DNA from: an uncultured Aliarcobacter sp.
Lineage (GTDB): Bacteria > Campylobacterota > Campylobacteria > Campylobacterales > Arcobacteraceae
Length of the DNA stretch: 64,000 nt
Reading direction: 5' to 3'
Assembly (NCBI GenBank): GCA_963677435.1
Contig: OY781945.1
Coordinates: forward strand, 128,001 to 192,000
The notes under the pieces were generated by a model, which searched no databases, was not told where the DNA came from, and saw nothing but the letters and a program-made list of their open reading frames with translations. Positions 22,739-33,150 of the stretch are shown piece after piece (the first letter of the stretch is position 1; every line of letters begins with the position of its first letter). The translations under genes were made by a program, and so were the position numbers.

Positions 22739-23770
22739 ATGAAAATAAAAGTTCTGTTAAATGGTGTAGGTCGTATTGGTAAAGCTATTTTAAAAATAAT
22801 GCTTGAAAATAAAAATTTTGAAATAGTTGCAATTAATGAAATAAATCCATATCTTGAAAATATAGTTTATTCAATAAACCATGATTCAACATATGGAAAT
22901 ATTTCCGATAAATTCAAAATAATAGAAAACAATTTAATTGAAAATTCTTGCTCAAAAATCAAAATATTAAATCATAAAAATTTAAGTGATATTGATTTAT
23001 CAAATATAGATATTATAATAGATGCAAGTGGAGTTAAAGAGGATATCAATCTTCTAAAAAGTCTCCCTGTACAAGCTATTTTTCTAACACATCCAAGTGC
23101 TAAGTCTGATATAAACATCATTTTAGGTGTAAATGAAGAAAACCTTAATTTAGATATTCATAAAATCATATCAACAAGTTCATGTAATGCAACAGCCCTA
23201 CTTCCTGCACTTAAAATCATAGATGATAAATATGAAATCTTATGTGGTGATATAGTAACCATTCATCCACTTTTAAATCATCAAAGGGTTTTAGATGGTA
23301 ACTTTGTTTCAAGTCAAACAAGAGATGTTGAGTATAACTTTGAATTTGGAAGATCATCTACTCAAAATATAATTCCTAATAAAACAACCACTATAAATGC
23401 TTGTTCTTATGTATTACCAAAAATCAATGCTGAGCTTATTTCATCAAGTTCATTAAGAGTTCCTACCGATACAGTTGGAGTTATAAATGTAACTTTAATG
23501 ATAAAAAAAGAGTGTTCAAAAAATGAAGTTATTAAGATATTTGAGGAATATGAAAAAAATCAGAAATTCCCAATTGTATTAAATAATTATGAACCACTTG
23601 TTTCAAGCGATTTTAAAAAAGAGAATAAAACTACTATTGTAGACCATAGATACACTGATGTTAAAAATAATCATATGATAAAACTTTTGGTTTGGTATGA
23701 CAATGAATGGGGTTATGCTTCAAAGGTTGTGGATATTTTAAACTTTTATAAAAGCATAAAAAAAGGCTAA
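22739..23770 (+). CDS. divergent type I GAPDH/Epd-family dehydrogenase
   Basis: LNGVGRIG, AINE, HDSTYG, SSC catalytic Cys, LRVPT, PLVSSDF, WYDNEWGY. Confidence 0.85.
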   Translation: MKIKVLLNGVGRIGKAILKIMLENKNFEIVAINEINPYLENIVYSINHDSTYGNISDKFKIIENNLIENSCSKIKILNHKNLSDIDLSNIDIIIDASGVKEDINLLKSLPVQAIFLTHPSAKSDINIILGVNEENLNLDIHKIISTSSCNATALLPALKIIDDKYEILCGDIVTIHPLLNHQRVLDGNFVSSQTRDVEYNFEFGRSSTQNIIPNKTTTINACSYVLPKINAELISSSSLRVPTDTVGVINVTLMIKKECSKNEVIKIFEEYEKNQKFPIVLNNYEPLVSSDFKKENKTTIVDHRYTDVKNNHMIKLLVWYDNEWGYASKVVDILNFYKSIKKG

Positions 23771-23794
23771 GTTCAATTGAACTTAGCCTTTTTA
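23759..23794. terminator. bidirectional terminator, perfect 36-bp palindrome
   Basis: AAAAAAGGCTAAGTTCAA|TTGAACTTAGCCTTTTTT between convergent genes. Confidence 0.85.
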
Positions 23795-23809
23795 TTTATC
23801 TAAAAAATA

Positions 23810-24805
23810 TTAGATAAATTCAACACCTTTTTCACCATCAGCAATATGACCAATCACATAACCATCTGTGTTTGATAAAACTGACTCAACATTTTCAGAA
23901 CTAACTACAAGAACCATACCAACACCCATATTAAATGTTCTGTACATCTCTTCTAGTTCTACATGTTCAGCCATAAATTGGAAAATTGGTAAAACTCTAA
24001 CATCAGCTCTTTTTACAACTGCTTTTAAATTATCAGGTAAAACTCTTGGTAGGTTTTCTGTAATTCCACCACCAGTAATATGTGCTAAAGCATTGATTTT
24101 ACTTTTATTTGCTTTGAACTCTTTTACATAAATTCTAGTTGGTTCTAATAATACATCTTTAAGTGGTTTCCCTTGGAAATCGTCATCTAAAGACATTCCT
24201 AATTTTTCTAAAAGTAATTTTCTAACAAGTGAAAAACCATTTGAGTGAACACCAGAAGATGGTAACGCAATTAATGTGTCACCTGCTTTAATTTTATCAA
24301 TTCTATTTAATTCATCTTTTTCTGCAATTCCAACACAAAAACCAGCTAAATCAAAATCACCCTCTTTATACATTCCTGGCATTTCAGCAGTTTCACCACC
24401 AACAAGTGCGCACTCAGATCTAATACAACCTTCTGCAATACCCTTTACAACTTGAGTTGCTTCATTTACATCCAGTTTTGCAGTTGCATAATAATCTAGG
24501 AAAAATAATGGTTCTCCAAAGTTACATAATAAATCATTTGAACACATAGCAACTAAGTCAATTCCTACTGTATCAAATTTTTTTGCATCAATTGCAAGTT
24601 TTAGTTTTGTTCCAACTCCATCTGTTCCAGATAGAATTACTGGTTTTTTATAACCTTCTGGTAATTCAAACGCTCCTGCAAAAGAACCTATTCCACCAAG
24701 AACACCTGGAATCATTGTTGATTTTACATAAGGTTTGATATTTTCTACAAACTGATTTCCAGCATCAATATCAACCCCAGCATCTTTGTAACTAACTGTT
24801 GCCAT
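23810..24805 (-). CDS. purM: phosphoribosylformylglycinamidine cyclo-ligase
   Basis: YKDAGVDI, TDGVGTK, GGETAEMPG, HSNGFSL, HITGGG, TFNMGVG. Confidence 0.97.
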   Translation of the reverse strand: MATVSYKDAGVDIDAGNQFVENIKPYVKSTMIPGVLGGIGSFAGAFELPEGYKKPVILSGTDGVGTKLKLAIDAKKFDTVGIDLVAMCSNDLLCNFGEPLFFLDYYATAKLDVNEATQVVKGIAEGCIRSECALVGGETAEMPGMYKEGDFDLAGFCVGIAEKDELNRIDKIKAGDTLIALPSSGVHSNGFSLVRKLLLEKLGMSLDDDFQGKPLKDVLLEPTRIYVKEFKANKSKINALAHITGGGITENLPRVLPDNLKAVVKRADVRVLPIFQFMAEHVELEEMYRTFNMGVGMVLVVSSENVESVLSNTDGYVIGHIADGEKGVEFI

Positions 24806-24903
24806 TATTCACCTTTTTTAATTCTATTTTCTAATTCTACTATTACTTTAAAAATTTTTTGGTATTATAGCAAAATGTTTATAAATATTAAGGACTATAT
24901 ATA

Positions 24904-25452
24904 ATGAAAGATAATAACGCGTTTAATGAAATGATGGTACATTTACCATTGTGTACACACAAAGAAGCTTCAAATGTTCTAATTATTGGAACTGCTGATG
25001 AAGATATGAAAAATCAAGCTGCTAAACATTCAAAAGTTTCAAACATCCAATTTGGAGATGTATCACTACTTACTTCAAAAAATGAAAAAGATATTGATGT
25101 AATAATTCTAACAGATGTGAAAATTGATGAATTGTTATTAGCAAACATTGAAAGAATTCTAAAAGATGATGGTTTAATTGCTTTTGCTTCAAAAGCATTT
25201 TCAAGAGATGAAGAGCAATTATTTGCTGATTTAAAACTAGCTGGAACAAAATTCTGGATTGCTATGCCATTTAAATTTGGTCATAATACTTCAATTATTG
25301 CTTCAAAAAGATATCACCCAACAGCTGATATAAATCTACAAAGAGCTGATTTATTAGATGGATTAGACTACTATTCTGCCGAAATTCAACTAGCTTCTTT
25401 TGTATTTCCAGCAGCGGAACACAGAGCATTAACTGGTATTGCAAAAAGATAA
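24904..25452 (+). CDS. short, degenerate spermidine synthase-like protein
   Basis: NEMMVH.PL..H....VLIIG, LKDDG, YY.AEI..ASF..P; lacks GGGDG motif. Confidence 0.75.
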   Translation: MKDNNAFNEMMVHLPLCTHKEASNVLIIGTADEDMKNQAAKHSKVSNIQFGDVSLLTSKNEKDIDVIILTDVKIDELLLANIERILKDDGLIAFASKAFSRDEEQLFADLKLAGTKFWIAMPFKFGHNTSIIASKRYHPTADINLQRADLLDGLDYYSAEIQLASFVFPAAEHRALTGIAKR

Positions 25453-25501
25453 AATCTGCTATTAAATATAAATAAATCATTATTATAGTAAAATTGTTAC
25501 T

Positions 25502-26092
25502 ATGAGTAATGATTTATTTAAAAACGCTATCGCTTTAACAGGCGGAATATCAACAGGAAAAAGCACTGTTTGTAACCTTTTTAAACTTCACGGTTTTTTA
25601 ACAATTGATGCTGACTTAATTGCACATAAATTATTGGATATAAATTCTAATAAAATTGCTTCTATGTTTGGTGAACAATATGTGGAAAATGGAAAAGTTT
25701 TAAGAAAAGAATTAGGGAAAATTATATTTTCAAATGAACAAAATAAATTAAAATTAGAAGCCCTACTTCACCCATTGATTAAAGAAGAAATCATTAAAGA
25801 ATCAAAAATATTTGAAGAGCAAAATAAACCATATTTTGTAGATATTCCACTATTTTTTGAGAAAATGCATTATCCAATATCAAAATCTTTGGTAATTTAT
25901 ACTCCAAAAGAGATACAAATCCAAAGGCTTATGAAAAGAGATAATATTGATGAAGATGAAGCAAAACTAAAAATATCAAATCAGATGGATATTGAAGAAA
26001 AAAGAAAATTAGCTGATATGGTAATTGATAATTCACAGAATTTAAAACATCTTCAAAATGAAGTTGAACGAATCATCGGAGAGATTATATGA
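25502..26092 (+). CDS. coaE: dephospho-CoA kinase
   Basis: LTGGISTGKSTV, IDAD, LLHP, DIPLFFE. Confidence 0.95.
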   Translation: MSNDLFKNAIALTGGISTGKSTVCNLFKLHGFLTIDADLIAHKLLDINSNKIASMFGEQYVENGKVLRKELGKIIFSNEQNKLKLEALLHPLIKEEIIKESKIFEEQNKPYFVDIPLFFEKMHYPISKSLVIYTPKEIQIQRLMKRDNIDEDEAKLKISNQMDIEEKRKLADMVIDNSQNLKHLQNEVERIIGEII

Positions 26093-26829
26093 CATATACA
26101 AAATATAGTGCAAGTGGAAATGACTTTGTAATTTTTCACACTATTTTAGAAAAAGATTATTCAAGTGATGCTATAAAATTATGTAATAGAACAGAAGGAA
26201 TTGGTGCAGATGGATTAGTTGTAATAATCCCATCTTCTCAAGCTGATTTCAAATGGCAATTTTACAATAGTGATGGAAGTAATGCTGCTATGTGTGGAAA
26301 TGCTACAAGAGCAGTTTCACATTATGCCTTTACTAATAATTTAGTGACATCAAATGAAATGCAGTTTTTAACAGATGCTGGACTAATAAAATCACATGTT
26401 GAGAATGATATAGTTGAAACACAATTAACTCAACCAAAAGTTATTAAAGAAGAGTTTGTTGAAGATGGCTTCACTTGGTATTTGATTGACACTGGAGTTC
26501 CTCATTTAGTAACATTTGTAGATGATTTAGAACTATATAACCATGATTTATGTGCAAAAATGAGATACAAATACAATACAAATGTAAATTTTGCAAAAAT
26601 AGAAGATGGTATCATAAAAGTTAGAACCTATGAAAGAGGTGTTGAAGGTGAAACACTTGCTTGTGGAACGGGAATGGCCGCATGTTTTTTAAGAGCAAAT
26701 CAATTAAATCTTGTTAAAGAATCGACATTTGTTTATCCAAAAAGTGGTGAACAATTGACTCTTTCAAGGAAAAATGGCACTATTTATTTCAAAGGTGCTG
26801 TTAAAAAAGTTTTTGTAACAACAATTTAA
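26089..26829 (+). CDS. dapF: diaminopimelate epimerase
   Basis: GNDF, GIGADG, NSDGS..MCGN, ERGVEGETLACGTG. Confidence 0.96.
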   Translation: MTYTKYSASGNDFVIFHTILEKDYSSDAIKLCNRTEGIGADGLVVIIPSSQADFKWQFYNSDGSNAAMCGNATRAVSHYAFTNNLVTSNEMQFLTDAGLIKSHVENDIVETQLTQPKVIKEEFVEDGFTWYLIDTGVPHLVTFVDDLELYNHDLCAKMRYKYNTNVNFAKIEDGIIKVRTYERGVEGETLACGTGMAACFLRANQLNLVKESTFVYPKSGEQLTLSRKNGTIYFKGAVKKVFVTTI

Positions 26830-26832
26830 TTC

Positions 26833-27600
26833 ATGTATTTATTAAACTTTTTTATTAACAACTCAAAGAAGATTATGTTAAATCTTTGTCTAATTGCTTC
26901 ATTACAAACATGTGGAATAGGCAAAGGTTTTCCTAAAGAGTATTATGAGATAAAAGATATTAACAAAGCAAAAGAGTATTTCTTTGAGCATTTGTATGGT
27001 CTTATTTTAAATGAAAATTTAAAAATAAAAGAGGAAAAAACATTAGTAAAAAATATTTTAACTTCTAATATTCTAAATATTGATTTTGATTCATCCGCAT
27101 TTTATAAACTTCTAGAAATTAAACAAAAATATAAAATTAAAAATATTTATACCCTACAAGAGTATCAAAAAAAGATTGATATAATTCCTCCTTCTATGGC
27201 TCTAGCACAAGCAGCAGTTGAAAGTGCATGGGGAAGAAGTAGATTTATGCAAGAAGCAAATAATATCTTTGGTCACTGGACCTATAACTCGCAAATAGGA
27301 ATACTTCCAAGAAGAAGAGATTTAGGCGCGACTCATTTTGTTAGAGTTTTTGACTCTTTAAAAGATTCTGTTTCAGCATATATGCTTAATTTAAATAGAA
27401 ATCTGGCCTATAAATCTTTTAGAGATAAACGATCTTTTTTTAAAAAACAAAAAGAAAAATTCGATGGATTAGAACTTTCTCAAACACTTTTAAACTATTC
27501 AGGAATTGCACAAGATTATTTAAAAATATTAAAAGATATAATCTCTCTAAATAATCTTCAAGACTATGATAATAGATTTTATCAACAAATCAATAATTAA
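26833..27600 (+). CDS. Bax-like glucosaminidase domain protein
   Basis: [34 protein letters not shown]. Confidence 0.85.
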   Translation: MYLLNFFINNSKKIMLNLCLIASLQTCGIGKGFPKEYYEIKDINKAKEYFFEHLYGLILNENLKIKEEKTLVKNILTSNILNIDFDSSAFYKLLEIKQKYKIKNIYTLQEYQKKIDIIPPSMALAQAAVESAWGRSRFMQEANNIFGHWTYNSQIGILPRRRDLGATHFVRVFDSLKDSVSAYMLNLNRNLAYKSFRDKRSFFKKQKEKFDGLELSQTLLNYSGIAQDYLKILKDIISLNNLQDYDNRFYQQINN

Positions 27601-27608
27601 GGACAAAA

Positions 27609-28778
27609 ATGAAATTCCCCGCACCGTTAAAATCTGACTCTATAAAAATTATGCTTCTTGGAAGTGGAGAACTTGGTAAAGAAGTAATAATCGAAGCTCA
27701 AAGATTAGGAATTGAAACAATCGCTGTTGATAGTTATAATAATGCCCCAGCTCAATTAGTTGCAAATAAATCATATACAATCAACATGAAAAATAAAAAT
27801 GAAATTCTTGATGTTATTAGAAGAGAAAAACCTACTTTTATACTTCCAGAAGTTGAAGCTATAAATATTCAAGCACTTTTTGAAGCTGAAAAAGAAGGAT
27901 TTCATGTAATTCCTAATGCAGATGCTGTTAATAAAACTATGAATAGAAAAAATATTAGAGAGTTTGCAGCTGTTGATTTAAAACTACCAACTAGTAAATT
28001 TGAATTTGTTACAACATTTGAAGCATTACAAAAAGCTGCTTCTAATATTGGTTTTCCTTGTGTTATAAAACCTGTTATGAGCTCATCAGGACATGGACAA
28101 AGTGTTGCACGAAGTGAGGCTGATTTAGAAAAGTCTTGGGAAATTGCAAAAGAAGCTAGAGGAGATGCTAGTGAATTAATCGTTGAAGAGTTTATCACTT
28201 TTGATTATGAAATCACTATGCTAACTGTTAGAAATGGTAAAGAGACAGTATTTTGTGAACCAATTGGACATATTCAAAAAGATGGTGATTATATCTTCTC
28301 TTGGCAACCTATGAATATGAGTGATGTTGCTATTGCTAAATCTCAAGAAATCGCTAAAAAAATCACTGATGGTTTAGGTGGAAGAGGAATTTTCGGAGTT
28401 GAACTATTTGTAAAAGGCGATGATGTTTATTTTTCAGAAGTAAGTCCAAGACCTCATGATACGGGAATGGTTACTATGATTACTCAAAGTGCTAGTGAAT
28501 TTGCACTTCATGTAAGAGCTGTTTTAGGTTTACCAATTGATTTTGTAACTTATGGAGCAGGAGCAAGTGCTGCTTATAAAGCAAGTGGTGATAGTTTTAA
28601 TCCAAATATTGACATTTTTGATTCATCATTCACAAAAGATTCAATTATTAGAGTATTTGGTAAGCCACAAAGCCATGTGGGAAGAAGAATGGCAGTTGCA
28701 CTTACTTTTGATAAGGATTCAAGTGACAAAGCTTTACAAAAAGCAAAAGAGATTATAGGAAATTTTGCAGATAATTAA
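27609..28778 (+). CDS. purT: formate-dependent GAR transformylase
   Basis: [31 protein letters not shown]. Confidence 0.96.
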   Translation: MKFPAPLKSDSIKIMLLGSGELGKEVIIEAQRLGIETIAVDSYNNAPAQLVANKSYTINMKNKNEILDVIRREKPTFILPEVEAINIQALFEAEKEGFHVIPNADAVNKTMNRKNIREFAAVDLKLPTSKFEFVTTFEALQKAASNIGFPCVIKPVMSSSGHGQSVARSEADLEKSWEIAKEARGDASELIVEEFITFDYEITMLTVRNGKETVFCEPIGHIQKDGDYIFSWQPMNMSDVAIAKSQEIAKKITDGLGGRGIFGVELFVKGDDVYFSEVSPRPHDTGMVTMITQSASEFALHVRAVLGLPIDFVTYGAGASAAYKASGDSFNPNIDIFDSSFTKDSIIRVFGKPQSHVGRRMAVALTFDKDSSDKALQKAKEIIGNFADN

Positions 28779-28785
28779 AATACAG

Positions 28786-28814
28786 AAACTGAACAAACAA
28801 GTTTTGTTCAGTTT
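28786..28814. terminator. bidirectional terminator between purT and the filament locus
   Basis: AAACTGAACAAA...TTTGTTCAGTTT. Confidence 0.7.
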
Positions 28815-29883
28815 ATATTTTTATTGTTAAAGAGTATTGCATTCCTTCATTGTCTATTGGTGTAATATCAATTTTTCCATTTATTGCATATGCTAAATTT
28901 TTTGCTTCTAATATTGTTTTATTATCAACATCTGATAAAAACAGACTATGAATATTTTTTATTTCAAATCCATTATTTTTCACAATAATTTGAATATTTG
29001 ATTTAGATACTAATACATTTACTTCAATTTGTTTTTGTATTTTCCCTTTTTTTAACTCTTTTTTTATTAAATCAATACAAGATTGTTCTATAAAACAAGA
29101 TAAAATATTTTCGAAATAAGCTTTATCTAAATATATAGGTTTACTTAAAGTAGTTTCAACATCATAATCTATAAAAATTTTATATCTTACATTTGCATAG
29201 ACAAAATTATCAGTTCTTCTTTTATGTAATTCTAAAATGTAATTAAGATTATTTAAATTTGTAATTTTCTCATTTTTATGATTTAAATTTAATATTTCAT
29301 ACTCAAATTTTTTTAATTCTTCATATTGTAAAGCATATGAGTCAATAATTTGGAAAATGATTGTACTATTAATTAAATCTTCAACACCTAATTTATTAAT
29401 ATATTTATCAAAGATATCAGTGTTAAACATATCAAGGTAATATTTAAGATTAAAAAGCCTATTCTTTAAATTTAAAAGATTATTTATATCTTTAAAATAC
29501 TTATTTTTTAACTCTTTGGATAATAAACTATTTTTTAAATTCAACTCAATCATTTTAATGAAATTCTCATCATCAAAAATTAAATTTGTTACTTCGACTT
29601 TTTGTGATTCACCACATAATAATAGGACTTCTTTTAATTGGTCTTTTACAATCGTTAACGACTCGTCTAAACATAAACTTATTTCAAAAATTGAAGGTTG
29701 TATATCCTCATGGTTTTCATTAAAAACTTGTCGATTTAATCTTGTTTTTCCACCATTTTCACTAGAAAAAATTTCTGCTATATTAAAAAATTTATTGTAT
29801 TTAACAATTAAAATTTTTAACTCATTTGATATTTTTTCTATATCAAATGCAACCCCTGATATATTTTCATATTTATTATCCAA
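28813..29883 (-). CDS. hypothetical protein with degenerate C-terminal HATPase_c (GHKL)-like domain
   Basis: IQIIVKNNGFEI..LF, AINGKIDI..EGMQYSLTI resemble a histidine-kinase ATPase fold; N and G2 boxes lost. Confidence 0.6.
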   Translation of the reverse strand: MDNKYENISGVAFDIEKISNELKILIVKYNKFFNIAEIFSSENGGKTRLNRQVFNENHEDIQPSIFEISLCLDESLTIVKDQLKEVLLLCGESQKVEVTNLIFDDENFIKMIELNLKNSLLSKELKNKYFKDINNLLNLKNRLFNLKYYLDMFNTDIFDKYINKLGVEDLINSTIIFQIIDSYALQYEELKKFEYEILNLNHKNEKITNLNNLNYILELHKRRTDNFVYANVRYKIFIDYDVETTLSKPIYLDKAYFENILSCFIEQSCIDLIKKELKKGKIQKQIEVNVLVSKSNIQIIVKNNGFEIKNIHSLFLSDVDNKTILEAKNLAYAINGKIDITPIDNEGMQYSLTIKI

Positions 29884-29892
29884 TTTTATATC

Positions 29893-30933
29893 CTACATAC
29901 AATTTGAATCGGTAGCAGTTACATTATTATCAATAATCTGAAGCCAATTATTTTCATTAGCAACCAGCATTACATCACCTGATTTTTTCTTATATATTGT
30001 ATCAAGTTGCACCCAATCTGATTTCTTTTGTTTTACTGTAAATTGATCATCTAATTTTAAAACTCTTAATATTTTGGCATTTAATTCATTAGAATTTCTA
30101 ACATTTAAATTTGATTTTTTTACTGTATATAAACAACTTGAATTCTCATTATTAGAACTTTTTGCTACAGGTATTTTTGAGTCTTCTTTAGTAGAAACTT
30201 GGGAAAAAGCTTTTTTTACAGAAGTTTCTTCTTTAATCATTGCTTTTATTTCTTCTTTTTTAGGAGTTTTTTCACTATCATTTTTTTCTTCAACCTTTGG
30301 AATTTTCTTTAAATCACTTACTGAAATTCCATAATTACTTAAATAAATAGTATAACCATACTCTTCATCAAGTTTTTTATATAACTCAACACTTTTTGTT
30401 CTTGTATTAATGCTTACTATTTTATGCTCTAAAATTGAATCTCCAACAATATATCTTCCTTCTATATTAGCGCTTAATTCGTTACTTAGAGTTTTTTTAG
30501 CAGTTACTGCTTCATCTTCAAGTTTTAATACAACATAATCTTTTCCATTAAAAGAGTACATACTTTTAATTTTTAAATCTTTTAATTTTTTTGTTCTTGT
30601 AAAATCTGTTGTAAGTCTTGCCATATCATTTTGGTGAGTAAATACATATTTTTCATAATCTTCTTGGGAAAGTTTTGGTTCTTCTTTTACAATTGTTTGT
30701 ACTTGTGGATTACTTGGATTAATCGTGTTTGTATCTTTTTTATTTTTTATCGCACTTACTTGTTCTTCTAAATAATCTTTTTGTAGTCCTGTAATTGCAT
30801 TAAAAAACTCTTTTGATTGTTTATCTAAAACATCTAACTTATCAGCATTTTGCATCTGAGTCTGAATTGATTCTTCTGCATGTAAATTAAGTGCCATAAA
30901 AAATAGAAATGTAACTAATTTTATTTTTTTCAT
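29893..30933 (-). CDS. exported PilP/GspC-like protein with C-terminal SH3b domain
   Basis: signal peptide, beta-rich YIVGDSI..HKIVSI segment, LNVRNS...DWVQL SH3b pattern. Confidence 0.6.
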   Translation of the reverse strand: MKKIKLVTFLFFMALNLHAEESIQTQMQNADKLDVLDKQSKEFFNAITGLQKDYLEEQVSAIKNKKDTNTINPSNPQVQTIVKEEPKLSQEDYEKYVFTHQNDMARLTTDFTRTKKLKDLKIKSMYSFNGKDYVVLKLEDEAVTAKKTLSNELSANIEGRYIVGDSILEHKIVSINTRTKSVELYKKLDEEYGYTIYLSNYGISVSDLKKIPKVEEKNDSEKTPKKEEIKAMIKEETSVKKAFSQVSTKEDSKIPVAKSSNNENSSCLYTVKKSNLNVRNSNELNAKILRVLKLDDQFTVKQKKSDWVQLDTIYKKKSGDVMLVANENNWLQIIDNNVTATDSNCM

Positions 30934-30951
30934 CTTTTCCCTTTTAAACTT

Positions 30952-33150
30952 TTATTTAAATATAAATTCATAATTAAATCCACCAATATATGTAGGATAT
31001 TTTATAAAGAATGGCCCTTTACTATCACTAGTCGTCCAATCACCTGATGTCATATTTGTAAGAAGATTATCTCCCCCTTCTGCAACTAAATAATCTTTAT
31101 TTATATCATATAAATTCGTATTAAATACAGGTATCATAAATGTATTACCAGTGGCATATCCAGATCTATAAAAAGATTGCATCCCCCAACAATACATTTG
31201 ATTATAAATATCAATTCCACACATTCCATTATCATCTTCAATAACTTTTATTTTTTTCCATTTAATTTTTGCTATTGAACTTTTAAATATTGTATCTGAA
31301 CGATTTTCACTAGTAAAATAATCTCCCTTTAATTCATTCTTTGAATTTATCCATACTATTCCATCCGAAGTAAAATCTACCCAAATTAATTCACTATCAT
31401 CCGCTTGCACATATTGAGAAGTATAACTTTTGATTTTTTCATTTACAGATTCTACAAGAGGCAAAGAACCCCATGGTTGACTTACTTTATAATATTTACC
31501 ATCTTCACCTTTTGCAACAAAAGCATTTAGTCCACCTTGAATTGATGTAAAAGAGATTGATGCTGATATTTTTAAAGGACTACATAGATTTACAGTTTTA
31601 TTACTTATTTTTTGAGAACAGTTATAATTTGAGTAAGTATCTAATCCCCAAATATAAATATCTCCACTATTAGATAATGCAGCTGTTTTTCTATAACCAA
31701 TTGTTAATAAATATGTAATATCTTTAAATAAAACTTTTGTATTATTTTCTGTTACTACTAATTCAGTTGGATTATTATAATTATTATAATAATTACTTCC
31801 ACCTCCTGAAAAGCCTGCATAATCATATCCCCATCGGTAAATTTTACCATCTTTATAATCACCATTTGCATCTATACTTGTATTGCCAAGCATTAACCAA
31901 ATTTGATTATTAGCAAATATTTTTGTTGCTTTTCTATCTGTAGTTCCATCAAAATAATTACTTCTATAAAACATTTCAGGTGGATTTCTTACATTGTCTG
32001 TATTAAGGTCTGTATACATTGAACTTTTATCACTTGCAGTTACTCCTCCACAATAAAGTTCTCCTTTTATTGATACCCCACAAGTACCATGGTAAACTGT
32101 ACTAAAAAAATCAACAAACTTAGGTCGTAATGGTGAAGAAAAATAGTTTTTATCATCTAATGCACTATTATATGTTTTAACCTTTGCTCTTACAAGTCCT
32201 GTAATTACTGGATATCTATTTGAAGAACCAGTATTTCCACTACCTTTTGTATATTTTTCTATATCTATTCCCGTTACTTTATTTGCATTATTTCCCCAAG
32301 TATAAATATCTCCATTTACAATCATCCCACCTGCTCTTCTTGTAAATTGAATTACAGTTTTCCCAATATCTCTTGTTTTAGAATTTACTTTAATAATACC
32401 ATTACTATTTCCAAGATTTATGTATTCACCAGCTGTATCTTCTGCTTTGTGAATAATTGTTTCACCTGAATATAAAACATTCTTATTAAGCATTAAAGCC
32501 TTAAATTCATCTGTTTTATTCCCATTTAAATCTAACATATTTACATTCTCATCAACAATTAAATCTTTGTTTATTGAGAATTTATATTTTCCTGATTCGT
32601 ACCAATGAAGAATGTTATTTGTATCTAAATAATATTTACCTGAAGCAGTACCAATTGCTGTATTTTTTGTTGTTGTAATACTGTTTTTATTTGTATATAT
32701 AAATTTTTCTTTTGTTGATAAAATAATTTCAACATTATTATTATTTATACCCATAGGTGCTTTTGTATTTACCCTATTTGTATTTGTATAATAATAATCA
32801 TATAAATTTGATTTTAATTTTAAATCTGTTGTCAAAAAATTTTCAAGTTCATGTTTATCATCTTTTATATCAAGGGGCAAAATATTTTCATCAATTTTTA
32901 ATTTCATTTGTTTACCAAAAGGATTAATTTCATTAAATCCCTTTGGTAAATAATTTGCATTTTTTAATTCTAAAATTGTTGTAGGATTTACCCCTTTATC
33001 TAAAATATATTTTTTATAAGCTGTTGCGATTTCTTCTTCTTTTTGTACAAGTTTTTTGATTTTTGTTAAAGTTAATGAATCAATATAATTATCACTTGCA
33101 AAAATATTCAAAGAAAGAAAAAATAAAATTAATATTCTAAATGAAAACAC
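30952..33150 (-). CDS. exported pilin-head/RCC1-like beta-propeller protein (putative adhesin 2)
   Basis: signal peptide; GDIYTWGNN, GELYCGG, IYRWG, GDIYIWG, MYCWG blades. Confidence 0.7.
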   Translation of the reverse strand: MFSFRILILFFLSLNIFASDNYIDSLTLTKIKKLVQKEEEIATAYKKYILDKGVNPTTILELKNANYLPKGFNEINPFGKQMKLKIDENILPLDIKDDKHELENFLTTDLKLKSNLYDYYYTNTNRVNTKAPMGINNNNVEIILSTKEKFIYTNKNSITTTKNTAIGTASGKYYLDTNNILHWYESGKYKFSINKDLIVDENVNMLDLNGNKTDEFKALMLNKNVLYSGETIIHKAEDTAGEYINLGNSNGIIKVNSKTRDIGKTVIQFTRRAGGMIVNGDIYTWGNNANKVTGIDIEKYTKGSGNTGSSNRYPVITGLVRAKVKTYNSALDDKNYFSSPLRPKFVDFFSTVYHGTCGVSIKGELYCGGVTASDKSSMYTDLNTDNVRNPPEMFYRSNYFDGTTDRKATKIFANNQIWLMLGNTSIDANGDYKDGKIYRWGYDYAGFSGGGSNYYNNYNNPTELVVTENNTKVLFKDITYLLTIGYRKTAALSNSGDIYIWGLDTYSNYNCSQKISNKTVNLCSPLKISASISFTSIQGGLNAFVAKGEDGKYYKVSQPWGSLPLVESVNEKIKSYTSQYVQADDSELIWVDFTSDGIVWINSKNELKGDYFTSENRSDTIFKSSIAKIKWKKIKVIEDDNGMCGIDIYNQMYCWGMQSFYRSGYATGNTFMIPVFNTNLYDINKDYLVAEGGDNLLTNMTSGDWTTSDSKGPFFIKYPTYIGGFNYEFIFK

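Noticed and set aside
28779..28812. att-like duplication of the tRNA-Arg 3' end, or an integrase/IS bounding the filament locus
   Set aside because: No matching repeat and no recombinase or transposase ORF seen
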